From a virus (lineage: Duplodnaviria > Caudoviricetes): a DNA stretch of 64,000 nt. Under the pieces are notes generated by a model. The model did no database searches and had not been told where the DNA came from. It worked only from the letters and a program-made list of their open reading frames with translations. Made by a program: the position numbers and the translations under genes. Of this stretch, positions 44,476-59,400 are shown one piece after another; within the stretch, counting starts at the first letter, position 1; each line of letters begins with the position of its first letter. The stretch spans positions 1-64,000 of IMG/VR virus record IMGVR_UViG_3300037991_001277. One strand, written 5' to 3'.

Positions 44476-47400
44476 ATGCCAATTATGCTTCAATCTAATC
44501 ACGCTTTATTTTTTGACGGAGTAAGCGACAGCGTGATTATTCCTCAAGGTAATTTTAGCAAGTTAGGGCAAGATTACGATAAAGAGACAGCCATCACTAG
44601 AAGAAGTTCTGAAGAAATTGTATCTCATTCATCAGGGCGAGGTATAATTGCTGATGCGTTAGGCAGTGGGCTTGCTATTGAAGCATGGGTTATACCTGAC
44701 TGCGGTGGTGTGATTTTGATGAAAGACGGTCAGTTTAGGCTAAGCATGGGTACTGTCGATACACCCGGCCCAATTGAGTTTGAAGCCAATCTTACATCTT
44801 CTTCTATTGGTGATTTCAAAGTTTTACTTCGTAGTGCTCAACCTGAAACAAATGGCTACGATGGTCATGTTTACCCAGTTACAACATTTGGTGGTTTAGA
44901 TGACTCATACAATCGTTTTGATAGTGGTAAAGATAAAGCAACATCGTTAAGCAAAAATCAAAGACCGTTATACCACATTGTTGCGTGTATTAATCAAAGT
45001 AATGCTGAAATCTATGTAAATGGTGATTTAGTTGCTAATCAAAATATTCCTGTTGGTAGTGCTTTGAAAAGTAAAAACTCTCATGTTTACATTGGAGGAA
45101 AAGGCGGTGAGTTTAGAGGTGTAATTGAGGGTATTCATGTCTCTTCTTCATTTAGTAATGAAATGACAACTCGTAATCCTTCTATGGTAAGTGAGAAAAC
45201 CATATCGTTATTTAGATTTGAAGAACCTATTTCACCACTAGATACTGTTTACACTATTAGCAGTATAGATTCTACATACAGTGATTCGGGGGGTGGAACT
45301 CCGTTTACTGAAAATGACCTTACTGCCATCACCATACCCACTGCTGATGCTCAGTCTTTGGCTAATGCTTTGACTGGTAAAACAATTACAGACACTTATG
45401 TTGATTTTACAATCTCTCCATACTCAACTGGTGACTATTCTGTTATTGACAGATACAGCACTCCCGGCACGACTACTAATCATCTTGTTCCTCATGTTCC
45501 TTACAATCTTCTTATTAATCCCGGCTCGATAAATCAAAACTCAAAGAAGCCAAACGGTAAACCACCTGAGCGTGTACGACTCCATCGTATCAATATTTCA
45601 TCAGGTGAATTATTAGTATCAAGCATTCATTTAGATTTCAAAAATACAACAAATACCAATGGGTTGCGACCTATTCTTCATTCTACTCACACTTCTGCTA
45701 ATGGAGCAAACTCGTTTGTTGTTATTTCAGCAGATTGTTTAATTGAAAATGGTACAGGTCGCCCATATCAACCACCGCATCTTGCTACTCAGTTGATTGA
45801 TAGAGCAGGTCAAATGTTGATTGATGAAGGTGAGTATGAGCAACACGCTATGGTATATTCAAGCCGTATGTCTACAACCGCTGTTGATACTGATAATCCA
45901 TTTGCTGTAGCATGGCCTACAGATTTAGACGAAAGTTTTCAGATAGGTCACTCAGGTCGCCATATTCTAAATCATATTGAAGGACATTCATATCTTAGAA
46001 TGATGCCTCGTGCTAACGAGGAAAACCTAGACCAACAGGCTGGTAATTCAGACATTCTTACACTGATGTACGATGCTGCTACAAAAGGCATTGACAAAAT
46101 GTTCCCTATTAATTCTCAAGTTGATTATTACAAAGACACAGCAGCGTTTGAAATCAAAACAGTTGTGAACTCAAGTGCGCCACATGAAGTAGTATCAAAT
46201 GGTCTAGCAGGGGCTAATAGAACTTTGATAGCAATTGGTGGTTCTAAGACTGGTGCTCGTAACTTTAACCCACTACCGTTTGTTTTGAAAGGGCCAGTTC
46301 CGTCAGACTTAGATAATATTGATAGTAATGTTCGTAAGTTCCATCTACACCCTTCAAGAAATAGCCGTGTTGCTCTATTACATGTACCCACTCTTGCTTC
46401 TCGTGGCTTAGCACCATATGTAGAAGTACACTACAACGCAATTGATTTTACAGGCGCATCAATGAATAAAACCGCACCAATGTTAATGGTCGAAAAAACT
46501 GTACCTGCTTCAAATTATGAAGTAGCAAGTGGGGTATATGTTTACGATGACATAGCCACAGATGTTGCTGCTGGAACTGCCACACTTTACTCCCCCGGTG
46601 GTTACATTGATGTTGGTAAATCAAAAGAAGGAAACTTAGGCTCTATTAATTTCTCTCATTCTCTAGTTGGGGATAATAGCGAAGGATTTGAGGCTGATGT
46701 TGAATTAGACGAGAGACTCACACCTGCTAATTTTACAGCAACAACCACTAATGGTAATACTACTCCTCAAAGTCTTACTGCGTCTCATACAACAAAGGCT
46801 CAGCACGACTCTGTTTTCCATCGCATACTTATTGAAAGAGTGCAAAACGCTGACGCTTTAGAAATTACATCTGAGTTTAATCGTATGACTCCTCATACTG
46901 TTCACGGTAGCCCAAGTGCTGGTCAATTTGATATTGGTGTAACTTCTTCTGCCTCTGCTATACATGAAATGTTTGACATTATTGACAATGTAGAAATCAC
47001 AACTCTAGTTGGAGTTACACATCGCTTCTTTATTCAACCATCTGATAGAACTAGAACTAATCAATTACAGTACATTTACTCAACAGGGGATAGACCTGAC
47101 TCTAGTAACATAGCCGTTGTAATGTTCCTTATGGGTCGCTCAAAATTGCGTGGTGTTGAGCAGATAGAAGGTGATGAAGGGCGTTTCACAGTGGTAAACT
47201 GCGTAGGTCTTTCTGATGTAGCAGCGACTCGTAGTATCAATGAGTTAGGCTCAGGTAGCCCTGACTCTCATGTTGTCAAAGAGATAGACCCTAACGCACC
47301 AGTTGTGAGTGTAACGCTAGGAGGAGTAGGTCAAGGAGCATATGATACAAAGCCATCGTTTGACAGAAGCACACTAGCGCATTTACCTTACAGTAGCAGA

Positions 47401-50400
47401 AGAGGTTTCTCTTGTCTTGCTACTAAAGTAAGAGTTGATTTGAGTTCAAGTAATGAAACTCAGTTCATAGAAGTGTCTCCTCTAAACAATGAGTCGCCTG
47501 ATTTAGCAAGTTGGGGTACATACCCATTCCCTAAAGTTGGGAGAATATATCTGAAGAACGGAGCGAATGCGGAGTATCAGAGTAAGAACGGCTCTTGCTT
47601 TTTGTTTACGGATTCTACTATTGCTACCCGAAGATTCCTATTACCAAATGGTAACGCAGTTGCTACATTCCAAGACTGGGTAGTTGGTAGTGGATTGCGT
47701 AAAGATGCTGGAACTTTAACAGGCACTCAGTCTCAAGATTTCCCGCTTGGTGAAATTATTATGGGAGACGGGCATTTCTTTGTCGAAAACTTGCAGTCAG
47801 ATGGTACAACTGTTAATGACAGAATGTTCCAATCTATGGATAATATATCGCATGACTATCAACTTGGAACTCAATTTGCTTCTACTCGTGCGCTAGTAGA
47901 GATTCCTTTGTTTAGAGGGCAATTCTTTGTAGATAGATTCCGTAACAGTTACCCAAGCCCTGACAACTCTTTGAAACTACATATCGACCCTACTATGACA
48001 GCGCATACATGGAATCCATCTCCAGTTGGTCGTAGATACCAAGATATGCCTCCTTCTGATAGAAGTGCATACGGAGCATTCGCAAAGAGTATACTTAGTA
48101 ATCAGCGAAATAATCAGTCTAACATTACTAATTTTGAGATACTTACTTCTACTTATCGAATCTATGTAAGCAATCCTAAAATGTACCCAGCAGGTGATAC
48201 ATCATCTAACAAATATTTCAATGTAGACGATGTACTGCTCTACCGTAGAGTATTTTTACCATCGGGTGAATGGGCTATCTATTCTAATAACCCAGCGGCA
48301 GATGGTTACATAGAAATTGTAAAAGAAGAATCCTATGTATCTGAAGCATTTGTAGGAGAAGTGGTAATAGGATTGCCATTACTAATGGGTAATGCTTACG
48401 ATTCCCAAGTGTTAGTACCACTGAAAGGAGATTCTCTTAATGCTGCTGCTGACTTTGAAAACAGAGGTGAACATTACTACGATGCTGCTAGTGTAAAAAC
48501 ACAAGGCGGCAATATTGACTATGGTTTACGACAGTATGTGAGCGCAGTAGAGTTCAAAGCAGGGCCACTGTCAAATCCTCACGCAGCAAAGATTCAATCT
48601 AAGCGTGCAGCGGGAACTATTCTGAGTGTAGAGCCTATTATGAATGGGTCTGTTTACACTGGGTTTGCTCATCTTATTATGAGTCAAGAAGATGTAGATA
48701 AGTTCCCGACTATTGAAAGGCAACCTAATGCGATAAACGCTGATTATGAATGGGAAATGGGTCAAGCGCACTATAGTTTAGAAATCGGTGCTAATACATT
48801 TGTTTACTTTGGAGAAGGTAACAAAAACAAAAGTACGCTGGTTACCAGCGGTACAACTCCTACTGATTCTCTTGATACACTTTCAAGCATTATAGTAATG
48901 ACAAAAGAAAACAACTCAATTCCATCTTATCTTGACAACGACACTCTGAAAGGAGAAGTTGCCACGCTTACTAAATATGGATATGATGTTTTCTTTTCAA
49001 GTGACAAGTACAACACATTATTGGATAATACAGTAAATATGTCACACACTGGTAGACCACTTCATTATTCAGCACCTTGGGAAGTTACTGGGTTGGGTGG
49101 TTCGGATGATGAACTGGGTCTAGCCATAGGTAAAAGCGAAATACTTCAATCAAACACTTTTCATCTAAATGTCCAACATGAGGACTGGCTTTATGCTGAG
49201 CATCATAAGGATGGAGAAGTAGTCAAAGTCACACTACTAGGACAAGTTGATTACATAGACGAAAGTATAATTGTCCATAATCCAGTTACTCTCCCACAGG
49301 CTGCTGGAATAGTTCATCTCAAATCAGCAGTACCTACTGCTAACAAAACCAGTCTGAACGCTATGATAGGAGCAGCGGCTCTTTCTGCTACAGAGTTTGT
49401 TTACCTTAGAACTGGTTGTCATTCAATGATGGTAAATGATGAGGAGGCTTGTCTAAACAGAACTTGGCTATTCCCTTACGCTCAAGGTGGTCTGCGTAGA
49501 GGAGATACAATATGGATGAATATGACTTACAATAACCCCCATGCTGTTCAAGGAATGTTTGCTAAAAGCCGTGGTGTACTGAATGAAGCACTTGTTTGGA
49601 AAGGCTTCAACGGTGGTTTAGGTTTGATGGCGGCTGAGCCTCGTGATTCTATACCACTTGAAAACTTCTTAATTGGAGACAGTTGTATTGATACTGCTCG
49701 TAATTTTGTTCAGCATGTGAATAAAACAATTGAGTTAAATTACACTAACCTTGGTATTGGTAACCCACCAACAGTTGCTTACCTCGACCCATACTTAGCA
49801 ACAGAAGGACACGCTCGTGTATTATTATACGATGTAGCGCATGACCGTGAGTTCATAGCATTCCAAGATATACATATGCAAGTTCAAACATCTCAAAAGG
49901 CTGCTGAAATTGGCTTTGAAAGACTATCTACCTCTCAAAATGTAGCCGATGGAACTGATGAAGTTGATTTGAGTTTTTATTCTATCAAGTATAATGGTGG
50001 TGGTCAAAATCCATTTATCACTCAAGTAGATGTTGCTAATGGTTATCCTTCTCAAAATAAATACATCAGAGCGTATCAACATTCTAATTTTATGGAAAGT
50101 GCTTATGCTCATAATATTGCTAACAGTATGGCAAGTGAAATGCTAGACCCCGTAAAGGGTATTGTTACAAGAGTAGCAGCATTACGGGGGCAAACAGCAT
50201 TCAACAAACAAAATGGTACTGGTTACCCATCAGGTACGACTACTAATGTGGCTACAACTGCCATAAATACTACAGGCACTGGATTAACTGTAGATATTAC
50301 TACAACAGGAGGTCAAATTACTACTATTGCTGTTAATAATCCCGGTAGCGGCTATTTAACTTCAAGAAGTGGCGGTAGCGGCTTTGAGTCAAAAGTAAGA

Positions 50401-53400
50401 ATTAGCGGTGGAGATAACAATGCTGTTTTCAAAGTATTCACAACAAACACATCTTTGATTAACACATTAACTACCATGACTCAGAGTATGATTTATGGTA
50501 AAGCCCACGGTCATTTCGTACATACAGGTTTCCACACTGGTGGGCCACTAGCAAGAGAGCGCACTCTTGGTGATAGTATTACATCAAGAACAAACAATGC
50601 AACAGTTACAATATACCACGCAAATAAAGAGCATAAAAAGACAAGAAAATTATTTTCATCAAATGATATTCTAGTCAAGGCTTTAATGCAGCATCGAATA
50701 AAGAAAGGTAAAACATTGACTTTGAAGGCAGGTGGGTCTACTTACAACAATGGTACTTTCTTTAATGTAAGAACAACATCTGATGGTAAAGGAAAAGGAA
50801 TGACTGTTGATGTTACAATATCAAGTAATGCAGTGGCTACAGCCACAGTAAGAAGGCATGGTAACAGTCTATACAAAGATGGAGATACAATTTTCATTGA
50901 GGATAGAAGAGTCAATGATTTACCATCAGCAGCACCACCTGTTGTGGCCGGTGATGGTAAAGGTAGTTTTACACTAAACCTTAACAATACTAACGATGAA
51001 ACATCTACTCTCTTTGATACACCGGATGGAACTCGTGTAATCCCAGCATTCCTTGCATTAAAGGGGATTAGGTCTGAGGCTCTTGATTTATCTAACATGA
51101 ATGAAACAAGATTACAACATTTGCCTCAATGGACTCAAATGGATTTCACAAGAAGAATGACTATCGACTTAGGAGAAGTTGCTGTTAAAGATGGTATTAC
51201 TAATGTCGAAGCAGCGGCAACTGAAGTAGTTCGTATGATTAATCAGGCTGCTGCTAAGAAAGGGCGCACTCACAGCGATAATAACAACAAACAATATCCC
51301 GTAAAAGTTGCTGGTGAGGCTGATTTTGCTACAACTGGTTCTACTCACGACCCTGCTGTATGGTGGGATGAGGACAAAGCGTTTGAGTCTCACGACAAAG
51401 GAACTCATATGGGTTACATTCGTGCTCACCTTGGTAGGGTTGTGAAAAATATAGATGGTAGCGAAGAAGGATTTTCAATAATTATCCACAGCACTGTACC
51501 GGGTGCTACTGGTCGTAATTTCTGTGTATGGCTCGACAATAGTAAGGGGCAAATACCTTACAGACCTGAGTTTATGATAGGTCACGGAGGTAGATTCAGA
51601 ACATTTTGGTGTATGCCTGATGAAATAAGTGGGGAAAATATGCACCCAGCACCAATGCCGCTAAATAAACACGGTAGACCTTTTGCTCCTATTACTTCTT
51701 TACGACAGTACACACAGCCCGATGAGTCAATGCAAGCAGTAGCATCGAAGGGAGAGTTTTCCAACAATCACGATGAAACTACAACACCAAAATTGCGTGC
51801 TGTATCAGCATATAGTGGTAGTGGTCAAAATCATAATACACTCAATACCGAGTCTGTTGAAATAGAAGGATTCAACACATCGTTTACTGAAGGACTAAGA
51901 GTAGGTACTAATGCTGTAGCAAGAGTAAACTTTGGTGGTCTTGTAGCGGCTGGTATTCCGGGCTTTGCTCCTGATGCGGGTAAGTGGGGATTCGGTAGAA
52001 AAGGAGATAATAGATTTGCTAATGATTATGGCCTACTAACAACAGTAAGTAACACAGACCCGGCTTCTACATACACAGGTCATGTGCCTACACCTGATAC
52101 ATTCCCTGAAAACATAGGAGACACCAATCTCTATGGGCTACGCCTTCAAGACCATAGAGGAGTAAGTCACGGACTGCGTTACATTTACAAAAATATGGAT
52201 GATGAGTTTGCTTTAGATAACACAATCTTACCAAAAACTTTGGATAACGAAGTTGCCATCTATTTCAATCACAAAGACTGCTCTCAGGGCGGCTTTACAA
52301 TTGGGAGACATATGCATGGTATAAGTGACCCAACTGGTAGATTCCCTGCTATACCTGATAATGCTAATTTAGCAAATTGGAGAGGTAACTACTGGAGAGG
52401 AACACCTGCACCAAACGCTTCTTACAACACAAATGTAGTTTACAGCGCAGCAAATCAAACAATTACTGTCACTCTCTATGCTCCATATGACGCTTGTGAC
52501 CATCACGACATTTTAGGCTATATGGGATTCCCCGCTGAGAATGGTGTCATACATTTATCTGACCCATTTAATCACATGGGTATAGCCACTATAACCGCTG
52601 GTGGTTCAGGATATACAGCAAATCAAACAGGTGCAGATGCCATAGGAGTAGGCGGTAGTGGCGATGGGATGACTTTGAGTATCAATACAAATAGTAGTAA
52701 TGCAGTCACAAGTGTTACTATTACATCCCTTGGTGAAGGTGGTTACATTAACGGAGATACAATTAGCGTAAGTGGTATAGGAGGTACTAACGCTCAGTTT
52801 ACGCTAGGAGAATCTATCAATGGTAACTGGGGTAATATGTTCTCCTATACTCATCGAACAAGGAATGATAAAACCGGCACTCATGTTTTCCACGGTGTTG
52901 TTGGTGATACATATGTTTCAAGACATAAACATCACTCTTCGTCTACTATCAGTGCTCCAGTCTTTGAGGCTGGTGATTATGTTGTAGGCGAAACAACCGA
53001 ATCTACATCAGCACTTATCACACCAGTTGCTAATTGGACTACACTGATAACAGATGAATTAATGGCTGCTGTGACTGCTTTTGCTATCAACTTAGACAAT
53101 CCTAACAAACAAGAAGGACACTTCTTTGATTGCACAGAAATGTATGCTGCTGACGGTAGAACATTTGCTGAATGGGGTATTACTGAAGAGTCAATTAAAA
53201 TTAAGGCTTACAATACAAAAAATGACATAGAACCCATATCTAACTTCTTTACAGCAAGTTTATCCCAAGATATAGGTATTAGAGCCAGTCATATTGAATA
53301 TGGTGAAGTTGAGAGTTTGAAACTTGACGATGAAGGCGTATCTATAGGAGGTACTGGAGATAGACCAGTGACTAATGATTTGATAGATAATGGGCGTAGC

Positions 53401-56400
53401 GTAAACTGTGGGTATATACCATCGACTGTTTTACAAATTACAACAAGCGGTAGAGGTCATAACGCTAATACACCTACTCCAAACATAGTAGACTCACAAA
53501 ACAATCCAATTGATACTAACACATGGCGTAAAAACTTGATAGGAGAGAACTTTATTGAATCTAGTGGTGACTTAATTCTACCAAATATTGACAACCCAAC
53601 ATTAAAAATGAGTGCTATAGGACACTCAGGAGGGGCTTTACTCCTTCATAGTGACAATGCTATGTGGCATTTTGCTAAACCATCGGGCGAAGAATCTAAT
53701 GTAAATCATGTTTTCAATGGTTCATCAAATGACTTAACAAGAGTAAACTCTTTTGGTACTCAAACTCCAATAAGTTACGGCAAACACACAGCAATTACTG
53801 AAAGCCAAGGAACATCATTAGCCGCTGCTGAAAGCACATTTAAGGCAATTAGTGATGAAAACTTGAGAAGTGAAGATTGGCCTTCATCAAACCCAAGTGG
53901 TACTATTGTTATACAGAAATACAATGACACTAGGAGAGCATTTTTGTTTGCTGGTAAACGCTCTCTTGGTAGCGTACATTCTATACCAATTATTCGTTTT
54001 ACAGGTGCTCGTGATAGCCCTGATAACTATGTTCCTCTGTTCTTTGGTGGTGGGTTTAGTGGGGCTACTATTGACATAAATGATGGTACTCAAAATGACT
54101 ATTCAGAGCACAATACACATCCGTATGCAAATGGGCCGACTGGTTCATCAGGCATTCAAAATGCCAATGAGATTCTTTCATCTTTCTCTACAATTGATTG
54201 TAACGCTATCATGGCATTTTTCCCAGCAACTGCGTTGTTAAAGCAACATCGTGGTAGTATTAACCCACCAGTTTACAACAAAGATAGTATTCTTTCTCAA
54301 GACCTAAAACGAGGTTCACATACTCCAAGTAACATTCACCCCAATGCTGCTCCATATACTGCTGGAGTACATATGCAAGTTCCTTCTCCTATGGTATTAC
54401 GCTTTGCACACCCAACTGCAAGGTATCAAGACCATAGAGATGGAACAGAAAATAAAACAACCTTCATCATATTTGGGCCGGGTCAGGCATTTCCATTAAC
54501 ACAAGAGTCTGCAAGTCCAAATAATAATTTTGAACCACATCCCGGTCATGCTATTAGCACTGGTAATGGTTGGTCAAGAGTTCCGAATATGTCAAGCGGG
54601 GCTGGTGGTCGTGCCTTTTTACCAAATCACATTCATAATTCAAATGGCGATTATATGCCTGAGCGTGCTGCTACCCAGTTAAATAAACGCAGATTCCATT
54701 ATCGCCAAGTGCTTAATTGGGAATCACCTCTTGGTATTGCCGATAATGTATTTTTGAGAGAGCGACCTGAAAGCGGTAGAAACTATGGTAATTCATTTAC
54801 CGCTGCTGCGTTTAAGCAGTACAACAGTTTTGGTAACTTTACTGATAATGTTGCACTAGCATATTCTGTGGCTCAACCAAGTAGGCACGCTATGTTTTAT
54901 GGTCATGGTATGGTTAAGAATGCTGATTTGTGTTGGCATATGGATAATGGTAACCATCCCGGTGGTTCGTGGATGGATAATCAAATTACCATGAATCCAC
55001 CAAGAGAAGCAGATGACGCTAGAATCCCAGCCCAAACCACTACAACTCAAATTAACAAAACTGCATTTAGAGTCGCTGGAACACTGGCTACAAAAATGTT
55101 GTATTCTAATGGTAATTCAAGTTCCCCAGCGTTTGCAGCAGAAACGCTAGATGCTGATGATGTAGACCATGATTACATCGTAGTTGATGCCACTCGTTGT
55201 CAAAATAGCGAAGAGTTAGCGTGTGTACTAGGTGCTGCAATCAATACATTCCCCGGTAAAGGTGCTCTAAAAGCAATAGGTGGTACATTCATGCCATCTA
55301 TGGGTAACTCTACTAAACAAGACCGTTATGGTTGGATTGAGGCTGAGTCTACTGTTATACCAGCAGGTGTTTATGGTGGAGGCGCAGGTGGTGTGACCCC
55401 ACACTCTAGTGTTTCGGGGTTAGGTTATTCAAACAATGTAATTTCAAATGAGCCTATGACTAGACAGATTCTGACTACATCTACATTTACTGGAAATATT
55501 ACTAGCGGTGACCCAGTAATTGCAGTTACTGGTACATTCCCTCCGAATATGCAAGCAGGGCAAACTGTAACTGGTCTTGGAATACAAGCCAACACTGTTG
55601 TTGTCAGTTTTACTTCTAATACCATTACTGTATCTCCTAACCCTAATGCAACAAACAGCGGTGTAACCATTACGCATACACATAACACATTGGGTAATAC
55701 GGCATCATTAGCATCAAATCTCAAAGCAGGTGACTGTTTTATTGATTTACGAATAGTAGGTTATTCAATCACTGATGCTCAATCTGTTGTTAATCGTATA
55801 CCTGCTTCGGGTTGGTTGCGTACTGAAGCAAATACTGATTATGGCGGTGTTGTATCGTCTAGTGTAAAAACGGCAGCATGGGCTTGTTATCACAGTCGTG
55901 CTACCTATAGAGACGGCTCTGATTTATTCTGTAGATTCTTCTTATCTAACAATAAAATCACAGGTTTGAAGGCGTTTGAAGATGGCGAGGCTTGGCGTAT
56001 TTATGCTAACACCACCACTCCGTTTAATAGTCAAAATGGCTCAAATGTAGGAGGAGTAAGTCTACCTCACCCTGCTCCTACTAATGGTACAAAAGTATGG
56101 ATATGGTCAAAGAGTTCAACTCTTGGTGTAGACAACTCTACTAACTTTCAAAGATACCTTGAGAAAGGAATAGGAGCAGTTCACTTTAGCGGTATTGTCG
56201 ATGCAATAGATAGAACAAAACCAGTTGGTGTCGTTGGTTGGCATGGTGAAAGGTACTCTTACCTCAACACTCTACCAGTAGATGGTGGTTATTCCGCTGG
56301 TCTAGGTGCTTGGCATTCTATGCTTGGATTCTCACCATATGGTGCTGCATCATCTTGTGCGACTATACTAGGGCATTTACCACATACCACTCCTCTACCT

Positions 56401-59400
56401 AACTCGCCTGAAAGTATGCCTCCCACTGATGTACCGGGTCGCAGTCTTGACAATTTCCCAAGTGACGGTGATACAGAATCAGACCAAGTAAGTTTCTCTG
56501 TAGATGACCCAGTGGCATTTGGCACATATGTCGTAGGCTGGGCTGACGGTGCTCAGTTCAACAACCCACCAGTGATGCGAACTATGCCTGAGTTACAGAA
56601 AGAGTTGGTTCATCCTCAAGGTACTTACGCTCGTGCGTTATTAGTAGTAGCACATGAGGGTGAACTTAGTTTAGTAGCAAGGAAAGATAGAGATTCATAC
56701 ACTACTACTGGTGATTATCTTTTAGCCGGTGGTACTACTCAATGGGATGAAAGATTCCATAACGCTGACCGATTTATTGCTCCAGCAAACGCTGGGCCAA
56801 ATGTTGAGGCTTTGATTGTCGATGGCACAGCACCGCCTACAATTGCTGATTATACAGCAACAAGTGCTTTAGATGACGCACCTTTCAATGCTCAGTTCTA
56901 CCTACATGGTAGTATATCTGCTGATACTTCATTGTTAAACGCACAGCCTTGCTTTGCTGAAACAGGCGATTTATTCTTTGATATTGACAAAAATGTAGGT
57001 ATTATAAATCACGAAGAAGATATAGCGGAAAGAAATCTTGCTACTGATTTTATTACAGCGAATACAAATCCTTCTGCTATTTTGGTTCACAATGTAGGTA
57101 CTAATCAATCTCCAGTATTTTGGGCTGGTGATGTAAACGCTTACGATGTGCTAAAACGCTCCCCTCACAAAAACTTCAGCACAGAACATATTGTGTGGAA
57201 GCGAATGGATGGTGGTACAGTTACTATGCCAGCATCAAATGCTCGTGGTTTAGGAGCAGTGCCGTGGATTACTCGTGTTAAAAACGCAGTAGTAGGTGGT
57301 GCTGCTGGAACTGCTCATCAAATGGGAGAGAAGTTGTATGGTAACATTCGATTCTCTTTTGAGACAACAAACTCAGCCATGATGCCAGTTCTACAGGCAC
57401 AAGAAATAGCACACCCTACATTAGCAAAAGAGCACCCTATTGCTCTTGGTGGTATACTTGAGATACCAAATGAAGAAATACAATTTGAAGATATTACCGT
57501 TGTTGATGATACAGGACAGGTACACACACTAGAAGGCGGCTCTCCTTTGGGTATTGTTATCAGAGCGTATAAACCAACATCGACTAGACTAGCAAGTGGT
57601 TTACAGCCAGTTCCAGCCAACAGCGGTATCGCTCCTAACTTTGAGATTCAGTTACCCGACCCTGAATCTATACCCGGAAATATCCTTGTCCGTAGTGGCT
57701 TTGACCCAATTCAAGCGTACCAAACTGAAACCGTTGGTGACGGTGGTATGATTCATCCTGATTTGGGTGCTTCTCACATTGGTCATTTGTTTGACAATGT
57801 AGTGAAGTCACCGAGAAAAGGGCCAACTATGAACGAAGTAGGATGGGAGCACATATCGCAAGGAGAAAACTTCCCTGAGTCTACTCGTGATGGATGGGTA
57901 GAAGCAACACGCAATAACTCACTACGCAGTTCTTACGAGCAGCAAGACAGAGCACTGTATTTCCACATCACTAAGATGGGTCACAGTCACACTGAAAAGT
58001 TCCCAGTAACTTACACTCACGCTGCTGGGGTAGTAAATCAAGATTTGACGGTCAATAGTTTCGCCAGTCCTGTTCTAACTGCTAGTGCTACTATTACTCC
58101 CTCTATATTCGATGCTGGATTTGGAACAAAAGAAGTAGCGGATAATCGTAGATTTATTCGCATAACAAATCCAGCGGGTGAAAGCGTTGTTGCTTCATAT
58201 GCTTCTATTGGAACTGGCGGTGAGGCTAATCAATTCAAGGGTGTAGTAGGAGATATTGACTTCGACCAATTCCTTGTAGACAACCCACCTGCTACAACAA
58301 CATTGACGATTACTCCTTCTTACTATATCCCAGCGGGTAGCACTCGTATATTTGCAGCAAGAAGATTGCGTGACCACGCAGAAGTAAGTGGTAACAGTCC
58401 TGACATGGCTCACACTCTATACTTTGATGGTGATTCTCAAACCACTATTCATTCAAGATATAGCAAACCACAACTAACTCCAATGCCTATTCCTCGTATG
58501 GGTCACCACTTCGTCAATGCTACCATGCCTATGATGCCGGGTCATTGGGCGCATCCTTCGTATGCAGGTTTGTATGACAGAGCAAACTCAGATAGACTTG
58601 CTGCTCTAGGTGACGAGGACTACACTTCATTGGCTGAGAACTTAGTTGAAGTAGATGGTACAACAAATAATCAAACATCAATTCCTACAGCAGTTAAAGA
58701 GAGAATATTCCCTCTTAACCCAGCATTAAGAGTAGGTTCGCTCACTGCCAACCCATCAGGGCCAAGTGACATTCACGGTGGCGCATTTACCCTAATGTTT
58801 GAGACAAAAATCAAGTATGACGGTTACGGTATACTAGCATCAAAAGGCACTGCTGGAGATATGAATAAGGCCGGAGGTCACTCTATTGTGCTTGAGGCTG
58901 GGGGCAATTATACTCAAACCAATCATTTCCCTGACCCTGCTGAAGTTGGAGCATATCAAATTGTCATTCAACCAAACTTGCGCTCACAACAAATTACAGG
59001 ATTTCATCGTAACAATGCTGACTCTACAGGCTTACCAACTGCTGGTACAGAATTGTCGAGTCTCACAAGTCAGCAAGTTGCTCTTGTAATAGGAATAAGG
59101 TACGATGAAGGGCGACACGCAACACTAACTAACTCTGCTAATATCGGTGGTTTGACACTAATATTGTCCGAGGCTACATTGGCTGATGTAAGAGGTTGTG
59201 AGATATTCTTGAATGAGGTCATACTAGACCACGACCCTGACCACGGTAGCCAGTTTACCAACATCCCTCCGATGCTGCTTTATAATCCACTTGGAGTCCA
59301 AGGTAGCGAAAGTCCTCACTTTACTCGTAGAGGTCACCCATACCACCCTACTACATCTGAAGTTTCTTTCAAAGATGCTACGCCCGGATTTACAACTAAC